DNA from: Octopus vulgaris
Lineage: Eukaryota
DNA: 64,000 nucleotides
Reading direction: 5' to 3'
Assembly (NCBI GenBank): GCA_951406725.2
Contig: OX597823.1
Coordinates: 11,222,001 to 11,286,000 of the forward strand
A model generated the notes under the pieces. It did not search any database, had not been told where the DNA came from, and saw only the letters and a program-made list of their open reading frames with translations. The position numbers and the translations under genes are program-made. Shown here in pieces: positions 1-11,104 of this stretch (the first letter of the stretch is position 1; every line of letters begins with the position of its first letter).

Positions 1-461
1 AAACAGTAGTACAAAATGGTAAAAATATATTATTAGTTTAGAAAATATTTAGATTCAATGAAAAAAAAAAATTTTTTTGAAGTTTGATATAGGAAATTTT
101 GCTGATAATTTTTAGCAATTTATTTCATATTTTGAGATCATAATGTTCTGTATTGTTTCTTATTTGATTTCTATAGAAGGTAGATTCATGAAGCTATCTT
201 GGGAAAATTAGGAAAAATTTTCCAAATAAGGTGGTTAAATGTTAATACTTTTGTAAATTAGAACAAATATGTATACTTTTCCATTAGCAGAATGAGGATG
301 CAAGCAGACCAGTGTGAAGGTGGTTGTTGGTTTTTAGCTCTTGATCAAGTAGACCAATGGTCAAAAGCATTCTAGATCCCATCTCTCCGCTGGTAGTTTA
401 TGCATTGTGTTTTAAAAAACTAAATTATTTAATGTAACTTTTTTTTAAAAATTTATTCTTT

Positions 462-655
462 TTCATTCTTCTACTTGTTTCGGTCATTGTACTGTGGCAC
501 TGCTAGGACACAAGGGCTTAGTTGATCAAATCAACCCCAGTACTTATATTGAGTTTAGTACTTGTCCTTTTGGTCTCTTTTGTAAAACTTCTAAGTTACA
601 AAGACATAAACAGTCCAAAACTAATTGTCAAGCAGGCTGAGACAAACACACATAC
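462..655 (-). mobile_element. Degenerate 3' half of SINE family A
   Basis: Resembles the reverse complement of the 3' part of the 7121-7536 SINE (cttgtttcggtcatt...gtcaagca). Confidence 0.6.
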
Positions 656-688
656 ATACGCACGCACACACATACACACACATGCACA

Positions 689-725
<37 letters not shown>

Positions 726-2920
726 ACATTAATACTTGGATTCCCTTTCTTCAGGAAATCTACTGAGAAGCATTTTGTCCAGTGTGGTAACAGTTCTGTT
801 AGCTCATGGTAAAAGTAGTAACAACAACTACAATAATAAATACATTCACATAATTAAATCTTTAAGCAAATATTCTTCTGTTATAAATATTAGAGAGAGG
901 AAATGGGATGGGTGGTACCTGAGAAATCACTTCCAATTGTTTTCTAATATAGCCATACAAAGAGTGTCAGGCAGTTTCACCTTGATGTTACCATGGTGAC
1001 TGATCCAAACAAACACAACTGTAAGGAGATCATATTCATGAGGTTAACTACTTCAGGTTGCAAATCAATTTGGAAGTAAGCTTATCAAGAATATGATACA
1101 GAAATGTTAAAATTATATTAGTACATCACTGAGAAGTTTCATGGCTTACAAGACTTTTGTGTTTGTGAAGTCAACTACTACAAACCTATCATTTTCATTA
1201 AGGCATATAAAATATTTTCTCGGATAAATGATCTATAGTTTCTGATGTCATAAACAATCGATAGTACTGCTGCAGATAGACGTGTGGTGGTAGTGATAGT
1301 AATAACGGAGGTGTTTGTGGAGTTGATTGACTTTTGCTGTACTTGAAAGAGAAAATAAGTCTTGATAATTGAATATAGTTGAGATTGAAAGTAACTTTTT
1401 AGATTGAGTTTTTTCAGAAATAATGTGTTATAATTTTTTTCTCTGTGAGAAAATAATTATTTCCATTCATATGATTTGCTAAAATATAAAATAACCTTTC
1501 TAATATTGATATAAGTCCTAGTCAAGTACATATGTGTGCGTTTTTATTGATTCTGTCCTCATCCCATCAAAAACATTTTAAGCCTTGAGCCAATGTTAGA
1601 AATCAATATTGATTTGTTTTAACTAGATAAAAGTGCATATTTTTGTGAGGGATTTGGTCGGTTGAAAGACTCAAGTATATGACAGCTACTAGTGTTTATT
1701 TTATCAACAGCAAATGAATAAAAGCCTCAGTCAATTCCTATGTGATTCAAACTTTGGATGTTGAAGACTGGTACCATGTATTACACTTTTAAAAAATATT
1801 ACTTTTTTTTCCTCTAATTTGGTACAAAGTTATTTTTCAAAAAGAAAGGTTACTTTGAAAACCCTGTAACCTTTTATCCTTGAAGAGATAAATGGAATTC
1901 TAAATCCAAAGAGATGGAAATAAATCTTGTTAGTCATTTCATCTAGCAAGCTATCATTTCTGTCAGAGAATTTCCATATAGTCACTGAATCTGCTAGAAA
2001 TAGCAGTTAAATCTCCATCTGATCACACTTCAGTGTCATAAAAAAAGAAACACTGGGTAATCCAATCTTTGGTGTACTGTTTTGGATAACAATGGAACAA
2101 TCACTGCTGGAATATCTTTGATCAGCTGGAGTTAATCAATGATAACAACAATTCAAATTCAATTACCAATTCCATTGATATCAATTCTTTAGCATTGACA
2201 TTGTCTACAGTTTTATTAGGAATGGATACGGTTGATTTAATTAACTTTCACTATGCTAATTATGCTGGAGGGTTTAAAAATGATATGAATACCTGCAACA
2301 TTTGAATTTAGAAGATGAAGAGACTTAGCCATATACTATAAAGTATTTTATCCAGTAATGTACTAATTGTGCAATATTTATTGATAACTTTAATGTTGAT
2401 AATGATTTTGTCTAGGATGATGTGTCTTGTACAATTAATTTTACATTTGATTGAGATGGTTGGCACCTCATAGCTGCTTTGCTATCTTCACATTCTAATA
2501 GAAAGGAAAGCTGTTTTTATCTTACAAGTCCTAACCACAATGTGAGAAAATCTAAAGAAAAATTCACAGGATTTATTTGTCATGAAATCTATTTTCATTA
2601 ACATACTACCAAAAATCTAGTCTTCGATGGTGTTGATAATGATAATAATTTCAAATTTTGGTACCAAGGCTAGGAGTTTCAGTGAGGATACAAGTTAGTT
2701 GGTTAAATCAACCCTAGTGGTTGACTATAAAATTTTATAAATATTTATAAAACATTTTTTTGTGCATTCTACTGATTTTGCTATCCATCATCCCAATAGT
2801 ATTAATAATATTAATTTTAAACATTAACAGATGTAATTTTAATAAGATACATCATTGGAATTTGTGTATGTGTAAATGTTACCCATCATAGCTAAGGCCA
2901 AACTGGAATACTATGTATAT

Positions 2921-3160
2921 CACCATCATCATTATCATCATCATTTTACATCTTATTTCCATGCTGATATAGGTTTGATGGTTCAACAGGATGCCACAAG
3001 TCAGGGGACGGCATCATGCTCCAGTGCCTCAGTTTTGGCATATTTTCTACAGCTTGATGTCCTTCTTAATGTTAACTTCTTTACAGAGTCCACTGGATCC
3101 CTTTTTTTTTTTTTTTGTGACACCAGCACTAGTAAGGTCTCTTTTCAACTTGCATGACTT
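2921..3160 (-). mobile_element. Old RTE 3'-UTR fragment
   Basis: (CAT)n followed by tttccatgctg...ccttcttaatgttaac, a diverged version of the RTE 3' end at 58486-58680. Confidence 0.6.
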
Positions 3161-3516
3161 GATTGCCTAAAGAATCTCTATGGCTGAAAGGGGGAAAGAT
3201 GTGAGGATTTAGGCAAGATGATGAGAGAGGGTACGATAAGATGAGAGGAATAGCTTTATTGTTGTCCAAGGGTAGGGTTTCCTTCATACCAAAGTAAAAA
3301 TTACATGTACACTCTTATAGTGTATATATCTAGAATTGACATATATCAGTATTTCAACATCTAATTCAGATATATTAGCATTTAAAGCTCCATAAATATC
3401 TCTAGTTATATTCAAATGATTGCATATTAGTGTATATTTTATTTCTTTCATACATATTTCATATTGATTGATGTAAAAAAATTTTAAACCTAAACTGTAA
3501 ATATATATATCAACAT

Positions 3517-3925
3517 GAATGGAAATTGGCACTGTGATTCAGTGCTGGTGGCACATAAGAGAACCATCCAAACGTGGCCGTTGCCAGTGCCGCCCTGACT
3601 GGCTTCCATGCCGGTGGCACGTAAAAAGCACCATCCGATCGTGGCCGTTGCCAGCTCGCCTGGCCTCTGTGCCGGTGGCACGTAAAAAGCACCATCCGAC
3701 CGTGGCCGTTTGCCAGACTTGTCTGGAACCTGTGCAGGTGGCACGTAAAAAGCACCCACTACACTCATGGAGTGGTTGGCGTTAGGAAGGGCATCCAGCC
3801 GTAGAAACATTGCCAGATCAGACTGGGCCTGGTGCTGCCTTCTGGCTTCCCAGACCCCAGTTGCACCGTCCAACCCATGCCAGCATGGAAAGCGGACGCT
3901 AAACGATGATGATGATGATGATGAT
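3517..3925 (+). mobile_element. 5'-truncated RTE LINE, 3' UTR with (GAT)n tail
   Basis: Close match to the 3' UTR of the RTE at 58486-59098, with tandem ~47-bp GGTGGCACGTAAAAAGCACC units and a (GAT)n tail. Confidence 0.9.
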
Positions 3926-4525
3926 ATATTAAAGAGTTTGTATATGAGAAGACAACTAACACAGGCTCATGCACAAATATACACATAGAGACAACATGCA
4001 TGCTCATGCATACATGCTCTCACTCACACATGCTCTCACTCTACATCAGAGCATACCTAATTAATGTTGAGGATTTGTCAGCTTTGAAGTATGTTTTCTC
4101 ACATGACTTCTGGTGTCACAAATACCTTAATATGGAAATATTCATCCAATGTATTTCAAATGAAAACATAATGTATACAGAAATACTAGTGAAATTATTA
4201 ATTGTGCAAATTGTATATTCTGAACAAGTAACCAAACAATATAAATATAAGATATGAAAGCTTGAACAGATGAGAGAACTTATCTATATTGTTTCTTTCC
4301 TGTTAAAATTAGCAACCGAATCTCTCTTAATTCATACACCCTATCAAAGAATACATTGAGTAATAAAGTTTTAGATACATTATGACTAAAAAAGTGTCAA
4401 GATCTTCATAAGGAAAAGAGTATTTGATCATAGGTTTTCTCATTCAAGGCTGCCTGGAATTAATCAACAGTAATGTATAAGAAATTCAAATAAATCTGTT
4501 TGATCAGTTAAAAGTATGTTTAAAT

Positions 4526-5023
4526 CTGACCAGCGGCAGCGATTATTCTTATATCTATAAGAATACCATATTAATATGGCGATAACAAATAATTTCCAAT
4601 AAACACTGTCGTAATCTCTTTTATAGAGACTTAGTAATTTTAATATTTCTATTATTGAAAACAAGTGGATGTATTCCACTGAAACTAGGTAAATGTAAGC
4701 CTTCGAACAGAGACGTCAGTGGCGACACCTGCGGGGTCTGACTGCACTACATTGACAAGGGGCAATACCCCGAAACGCGTCTGTAGCTGTCGGACTGGCA
4801 GTGTGAAGCGGCTGACCTCCCTTGTTCGAAGGTTATAATGGATACAGATCATGTATCAATAGCTATCTTAAGGCGGTGGCCTCATGGAGCTGACCAGCGG
4901 CAGCGATTATTTTTATATCTATAAGAATACCATATTAATATGGCGATAACAATTAATTTCCAGTAAACGCTGTCGTAATCTCTTTTATAGAGACTTAGTA
5001 ATTTTAATATTTCTATTATTGAA
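4526..5023 (+). mobile_element. Non-coding terminally redundant element (364-bp period), retrozyme or Penelope pseudo-LTR like
   Basis: 134-bp direct repeats at 4526-4659 and 4890-5023 (4 mismatches by eye) flank a GC-richer, long-hairpin core that contains a hammerhead motif. Confidence 0.75.
4747..4786 (+). ncRNA. Minimal type I hammerhead ribozyme, U3-A8 core variant
   Basis: Stem I CTACA/TGTAG; core TTGACAA (4752-4758); stem II GGGG-CAATA-CCCC; GAAA; palindromic stem III ACGCGT; GTC cleavage triplet with the predicted cut after 4781. Confidence 0.8.
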
Positions 5024-5559
5024 CTGTAATAGTTTATAACATTAAAACATCTAATTTTTTTTACAAAGATACATCAATATAATTTTGTGATGTGCACGTG
5101 TCATTTAATTCTTTAACTTGATTTAGCCAACATGGATAAGACTGCACTGATCATTATTTACATTTACAGAATAATACATGTCAACAAGGAAGCAATACGT
5201 GGTTGCTTGTCATGCTAGAAATAGCAGTGAAATCTAAGTAAATGCTGTTTGTTTCATCAAAGGAAACCCCATTTTGAGACTTTTACGATTTAAACTTTGA
5301 GACATTATAAGTTAAAGTGCAAAAATACAACCTCTCTTCTCCACTCACTCATTTTGAACAGACACTGGTCTGTTTTGGTTTACATTCCTAAATAAATGGT
5401 TTTGACTCCCAGGTGATATGTAAATTGATGCATTTACCAAAATGTTTTACTCCAAAACAACAAAGCATCCACTGCAGAGCCATGCTTAACCATCTTCTAT
5501 TTTGCTCTATTAATAACTTTTGCTGAGCTTGAGTGGGTTCTATCAATCACAACATGTTA

Positions 5560-6600
5560 GATTTTGTTCACTGGGAAATACTCAATCCAGTGCATTCCAT
5601 GGATTCTAGTGTTGAACAGTTTTAACATTAGAATGTTGTGGTTGACATTGTTGCAGGCCTTACTGAAGTCAAGACATATCATATCAGTATTTGATGGGTT
5701 TTTAAGTCTTTTGATTTTCCTGATGACTGTCTTTTTTCCTTTTTCGAGAGCCTAGTTCTATTTGTACTAATGAGTTTTGTTAGAGCATGTTTTAAAAACG
5801 AATAGGTGACAATATTCTGAAACTGGTACCAAGTTGCTTCAGTGTCAGAGAATGTAAATGAAGAACCAGTTGATAAGCAACATATCTTGTCTAAGATCTC
5901 GTCCAGTCTTCTTTGTGAAGATTGGTGTTACTGAATGGGTATGCTGGGGTAAGAGTGACTGGTTTGGTTTTGGCATGTTGGAAACTAAGATTGAAGAGTA
6001 CAATATCACAGCCACAGAGAAGAGGTTTTCAACTGAAATCTTATGGTCAGAGCCAGAGTGATTTGTTGATATCAGGTCGAAAACATTTCTGTTTTGTCTT
6101 GTCGGCTGAAGCACAAGTGGGGATTGGAAAAATTCATCCATGAAACTAAATAGCAATTCTTCTCTTTACTTGGTTTCAGGGTATTTCTATGCCAATTCAC
6201 ATATGGAAGGTTAAAGTCACCCACCACTAATATGTTTTCAAAGTTGTGCTTTTGGAGAAAGGACTTGACATTTTTGAGGCACTCTGCAAAGCACTGTAGA
6301 GGTGCTTCAGAAGGCCTATAGAGACCGGCTATAGTTATATCATTAGTTTTACTGCAAACTGACAGATTCACAATAACCATTGTGAATAACCATATGTCCT
6401 TTGCATCCATGATAAAGGAATAATAGGAGAAAAACAGCTACTTCTTTATATCACCCAGTGTGGTCTGCATGACTGATGGGGTAATTACTTGATATTCTGC
6501 TTGGTATTCATGTGGGAGTTGTTTTAGGTGGGTACCCATTAGGATGAATAATGGGATGCATTTCTGCAATCCAATTTTCTATGCACAGAAACTTTCACTT
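5560..6600 (-). mobile_element. Degenerate CR1/Jockey-group LINE ORF2 fragment (APE endonuclease plus RT remnant)
   Basis: Translations include AGLYRPS, ILVVGDFNLPYVNW and QPTRQNRNVFDLISTN (APE motifs), and DMICLDFSKACNNVNH near 5640-5690 (RT motif). Frameshifted. Confidence 0.8.
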
Positions 6601-6774
6601 TTGAGTATTAAGTGATGAGTTGATGTCTCACACATTAAGTTGGAATGTCAAAATGAAGGTTGTGTGAAATATGTGTAATATTAAAGGCTTTGATTTATGT
6701 GTATTGTTGTTCAGTGGCAACCCTGGGGACAGTTTGTGTATGGAGTCATTTGCGGGGAGTAATGTTTGATTGAT

Positions 6775-6777
<3 letters not shown>

Positions 6778-6860
<83 letters not shown>
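6778..6860. repeat. (CT)n(CA)n microsatellite
   Basis: Read directly from the sequence. Confidence 0.95.
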
Positions 6861-6904
6861 TTCAAGTATTTCTTTTTTTTCAAGTCAAAACAAGGCAAGT
6901 TAAA

Positions 6905-7095
6905 AATACAGTTTGATGGTTTGTACTGTTACCTGGTATTTCAATATTTCAGGGTTTGGAGCCCTTCTCCAAGAAATCTATGGAGAAAAGGTGTTGATTG
7001 TTGACTTCTTAGCTAGCAGCACCTTTCCTGAAGAAGGAGTCCTAACCATGAAATATTGAATTACTAAGTAAAAGTACTAATCACCAACCTGTATT
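6905..7095. repeat. Imperfect ~72-bp inverted repeat, each arm carrying a degenerate hammerhead motif (Penelope-like remnant)
   Basis: Arms at 6905-6977 and 7024-7095. The right arm reads TTC-CTGAAGA-AGG...GAAA-TATT-GAA. The left arm on the minus strand reads ATTTC-TTGGAGA-AGGG-7nt-CCCT-GAAA-TATT-GAAAT. Confidence 0.6.
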
Positions 7096-7120
7096 CTTAA
7101 TATTTAACTTTAATATTTAA

Positions 7121-7536
7121 GGCGCAGGAGTGGCTGTGTGGTAAGTAGCTTGCCAAACAACCACATAGTTCCGAGTCCAGTCCTACTGCGTGGCATCTTG
7201 GGCAAGTGTCTTCTGCTATAGCCTCGGGCCGACCAATGCCTTGTGAGTGGATTTGGTAGACGGAAACTGAAAGAAGCCTGTCGTATATATGTATATATAT
7301 ATATGTATGTGTGTGTGTTTGTGTGTCTGTGTTTGTCCCCCTAGCATTGCTTGACAACTGATGCTGGTGTGTTTACGTCCCCGTCACTTAGCAGTTCGGC
7401 AAAAGAGACTGATAGAATAAGTACTGAGCTTACAAAGAATAAGTCCCGGGGTCGATTTGCTCGACTAAAGGCGGTGCTCCAGCATGGCCACAGTCAAATG
7501 ACTGAAACAAGTAAAAGAGTAAAAGAGTAAAGAGTA
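7121..7536 (+). mobile_element. tRNA-derived SINE family A, full length (octopus OK/OR-type, family name uncertain)
   Basis: Head GGCGCAGGAGTGGCTGTGTGGTAAG with A and B box-like motifs, internal TA/TG tract and (AAAAGAGT)n tail. At least 7 near-identical copies in the window. Confidence 0.9.
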
Positions 7537-7560
7537 TTGGTTTGGCTTTAAAAAAAAATC

Positions 7561-7923
7561 AGTGGTAAGAAGCTTGCTTCTCAACCACATTTTTAGGTTC
7601 AGTCCCTCTGCGTGGCACCTCGGACAAGTGTCTTCTATTATAACCTTGGGCTGACCAAAGCCTTGTGAGTGGATTTGGTAGACAGAAACTGAAAGAAGCC
7701 CATTGTATATATGTGTGTGTGTATATTTGTTCCCCCCCCCCCCACTATTGCTTGACAACCGTTGTTGGTGTGTTTATGTCCCCTTAACTTGGTGGTTTGG
7801 GTTAAAGAGACTGATAGAATAAGTACTAGGCTTACAAAGAATAAGTCCCGGGGTCGATTTGCTTGACTAAAGGCGGTGCTCCAACATGACTGAAACAAAT
7901 AAAAGGATAAAAGAGTAAAAGAA
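7561..7923 (+). mobile_element. SINE family A, older tandem copy
   Basis: Colinear with 7121-7536 but more diverged. Confidence 0.85.
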
Positions 7924-7989
7924 TATATATGAGACAATACTTCATAAACATACACACACACACATTCAGTCTTGTTTTGGTACTATACA

Positions 7990-8036
7990 CACACATATCA
8001 GTTTTGTGTCTTCTTTTCCATATTGCACACACACAC

Positions 8037-8078
<42 letters not shown>

Positions 8079-8165
8079 CAGTTTTGTGTCTTCTTTTCTA
8101 TATTGCACACACACACACACGCACACACACACACGCACACACACACGCACACATTCACACACACA
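7990..8165. repeat. ~80-bp tandem duplication including a (CA)n tract
   Basis: ACATATCAGTTTTGTGTCTTCTTTTC-ATATTGCACAC occurs at about 7992 and again at about 8073. Confidence 0.85.
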
Positions 8166-8646
8166 TGCTTCAATATTCTTTATATCAATCTCATCTCTTA
8201 ATTCATAATTTATTTAATATTTCAGTATCTGTACATTGAGTCAGGGTGGAATATCTTGTGATCTAAGTTATCAGTAAGAAGCGTGACTGCTGTGCTAAGT
8301 GGCTGATGAATTAATAATAAAAGATTAAAAGTTCAGTTGAAATAGATAAACATGAAATGGTAAACATGAAATGTATGGTTTTATAGGTAATGGTGCATTT
8401 GCAAGTATTATGACATACACAGAAATGCTGCAAAACAAAGTAGATGGAAACTCAGTTATTTAGTAAATATTTAATTTATAGAGTTGCAGTTTCAGCTTAC
8501 AACATTCCATTATATCTTGTATATGAGTAATTTTATATTGGACACAGACATAGCTGAATGCTTAAGTTTACTTTGTAGTCCTGCAGTATCAAGTTTGATA
8601 CCATGGTGCAGTATCATGGATAGATCTCTTTTACCATAGTCTAGTC

Positions 8647-9220
8647 GTGGGTTTGGTTGACCAAACTTTTGTTAGCTGCTCTCCAGCCATCTATTTAAAA
8701 CTGTATACAGCTATGGTACGACCACACTTGGAATTCGCATCATCAGTTTGGAACCCCTATCTTGCTCAGAACATTGACCTCCTGGAATCTGTTCAGAGAC
8801 GTGCAACCAAACGCATACCCTCCATCAGACACCTACCATACTCTGAGCGCCTTGTTTCACTGAAGCTCCAGCGTCTGGCGATGAACTTGGTAAACACCCA
8901 CAAAGTTATCAACCACCTCACCAATAACAACACTGAACACCTTTTTGATCTTCATGTGTCTAACACACATGGACATGCCTACAAAGTCAGAAAACAACAC
9001 AGCTCCCATGACTTTCGGAAACATTTTTTCACGCTCAGAGTTGCTGAAGCATGGAACAAACTGTCTGCATCAGTTGTTGACTGCCATGACACTGCATCCT
9101 TTAAGACCCTCATGCTTTCCGAAATCCGCCGAAACTACACCTGATTATACATACACTTTTGATGAGTTGTAGTGCACCTGAGCACCGTACACAATGTTTT
9201 TGTTATTATTATTTTTATTA
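8647..9220 (+). mobile_element. CR1-like LINE 3' end (ORF2 C-terminus plus 3' UTR, (TTA)n tail)
   Basis: LYTAMVRPHLEFASSVWNPY...LESVQRRATK...FFTLRVAEAWNKL is typical of the CR1/L2-group ORF2 C-terminus. Confidence 0.9.
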
Positions 9221-10217
9221 TAAAGCCTTGTGAGTGAAACTGGCAACTGTTTGGAAGGCTACCAACTGGATTGAACATGTAATTCAATGGAACAGCCTTG
9301 TCACGCACACACTCATACAATTTTTTCCATGAGAATTACATTAAGGGAATAAAAATCTGTGGAAATCTCAGCCACTTATATGTTAACTCATTGAGTAGGC
9401 TGTTCCAGTGATCAAATGACTTGAACACTCGTTGTCCGAGCCAATAGACAGTCGTGATTAATTTTGAGTCATGTAAAAGATGAACAGTACTCAAAACATA
9501 GTAGATTTTATATAGTTCCATATTTAATTATTGAAGTTAAATATGTATATTGCCATTAGTTAAAATACTGCCTGACAAATCTCAGGTTAGTATAAAATTT
9601 CAATCTTCATGATCATCATCATATTTTTACACCTGCTTTCTATGCTTGATGGCTTGGATGGGTTTCTCCACTCATCCTTTGTCATCTTGTACACATAGCA
9701 AGAAAGAAAGATAGCCAGCTTTGTTGCTGTGTGTGTCATGTTTCTATGGTTAGATGCCTTTCCTAGTACCAACCATTTTACAGTAAGTCTGTGTATTTTA
9801 TCATAACATTGGCATAGAGAAATTATCATTGGTAGAGCTAAACTATCTTGTATCATTGTCCTCTCTACCCTGTTCTAGTGTTTTTATTAGGAGTTGTTGC
9901 TCTCTGAGATGGATTTCCTGCTGCAATTTTAAGTTCACATTTCCACCTTTTGTTCTTTTCTTTTATTTTGCATGGAGTTTTATACAACTGGATATCCTTA
10001 GAAACCATTTTACATGGACTAAGGACATTTTATCTTGTCACAGGTATCGAGAGAGGAAAATCTTTCATTCTGTATTGTACTACCTCAACTTATATCGATT
10101 CTTCTTCAGAACTGATACTCTTCTAGACATATTTCTTTTGCTGTACAGTACCCAGACTATACTTATCCCATTTGTTCGTAACTTTCTTTGTATTTGATAT
10201 GGTTTTTTCATGTGGAT

Positions 10218-10388
10218 GTGCGGGTGGCACGTAAAAAGCACCCACTACACTCACGGAGTGGTTGGCATTAGGAAAGGCATCCAGCCGTAGAAACACTGCC
10301 AGATCAGACTGGGCCTGATGAAGCCTTCTGGCTTCACAGACCCCAGTTGAACCGTCCAACCCATGCTAGCATGGAAAGCGGACGCTAA

Positions 10389-10430
<42 letters not shown>
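10218..10430 (+). mobile_element. RTE 3' end, (GAT)n tail
   Basis: Near-identical to 58486-58680 in reverse complement. Confidence 0.9.
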
Positions 10431-10852
10431 TCCATCATGTTTTCAACCACTTTACATTGTGGACATGATGCATTTTAATGTACCAGCAGCACCAGAGAGG
10501 TTGTCTGCAGCACGACTAAAGAGTTTTTTTGATCCTGTATTAGTTTCTATGTAGAATGTACTGAACATTTTATACGCACATAATTAAGATTAATTTGAAT
10601 GATCAGCTCTAACTTATTATTCAGATTATTTTACACTGGACACTATACTTTACAAATACAAATTTGTAATGACATGTTATGGATATTTTTTTTATCAACT
10701 ATTGTTATTTTTTTTTGTATATTTAAGATGTCATACTCTTTTAACATTGATTTTTCATTGTATGTTACACTTTCAAGATGAATTCCTCTAATTTAATTTA
10801 ATTATGAAAATTATTTTGTGAAATTCTCATTTCTTTTTTTTATTTATTTCAG

Positions 10853-10926
10853 GTTAAACAAAATATCAATTATTATTTAGATTTTTGGATGGAATTACCA
10901 ATAGCATCAGATTACTTTGTAGCATG
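10853..10926 (+). CDS. Candidate internal coding exon of an unidentified host gene (VKQNINYYLDFWMELPIASDYFVA..)
   Basis: Long pyrimidine tract ending TTTCAG, then 74 nt open in only one frame, then GTAAGG. Non-repetitive context. Confidence 0.6.
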
Positions 10927-11055
10927 GTAAGGATCTAATTATTTTTGTCTTTATACATTACATTATGTACATATAAACATGCTCTCATACATTTATACAT
11001 TATACATACACACATGCACATACATTTGTATGTGTATGTATGCACACTCACATAT

Positions 11056-11104
<49 letters not shown>

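Noticed and set aside
3540-3760. Regularly spaced ~20-bp repeats resembling a CRISPR array
   Set aside because: These are internal repeats of the RTE 3' UTR. The spacers are mutually similar, the context is eukaryotic and no cas genes are present.
7121-7200. tRNA-like heads of the SINEs
   Set aside because: They have A and B boxes but no complete cloverleaf and are fused to SINE bodies.
8300-8345. Other CTGATGA occurrences (8303, 19031, minus strand near 30616)
   Set aside because: No stem II/GAAA/stem I arrangement around them.
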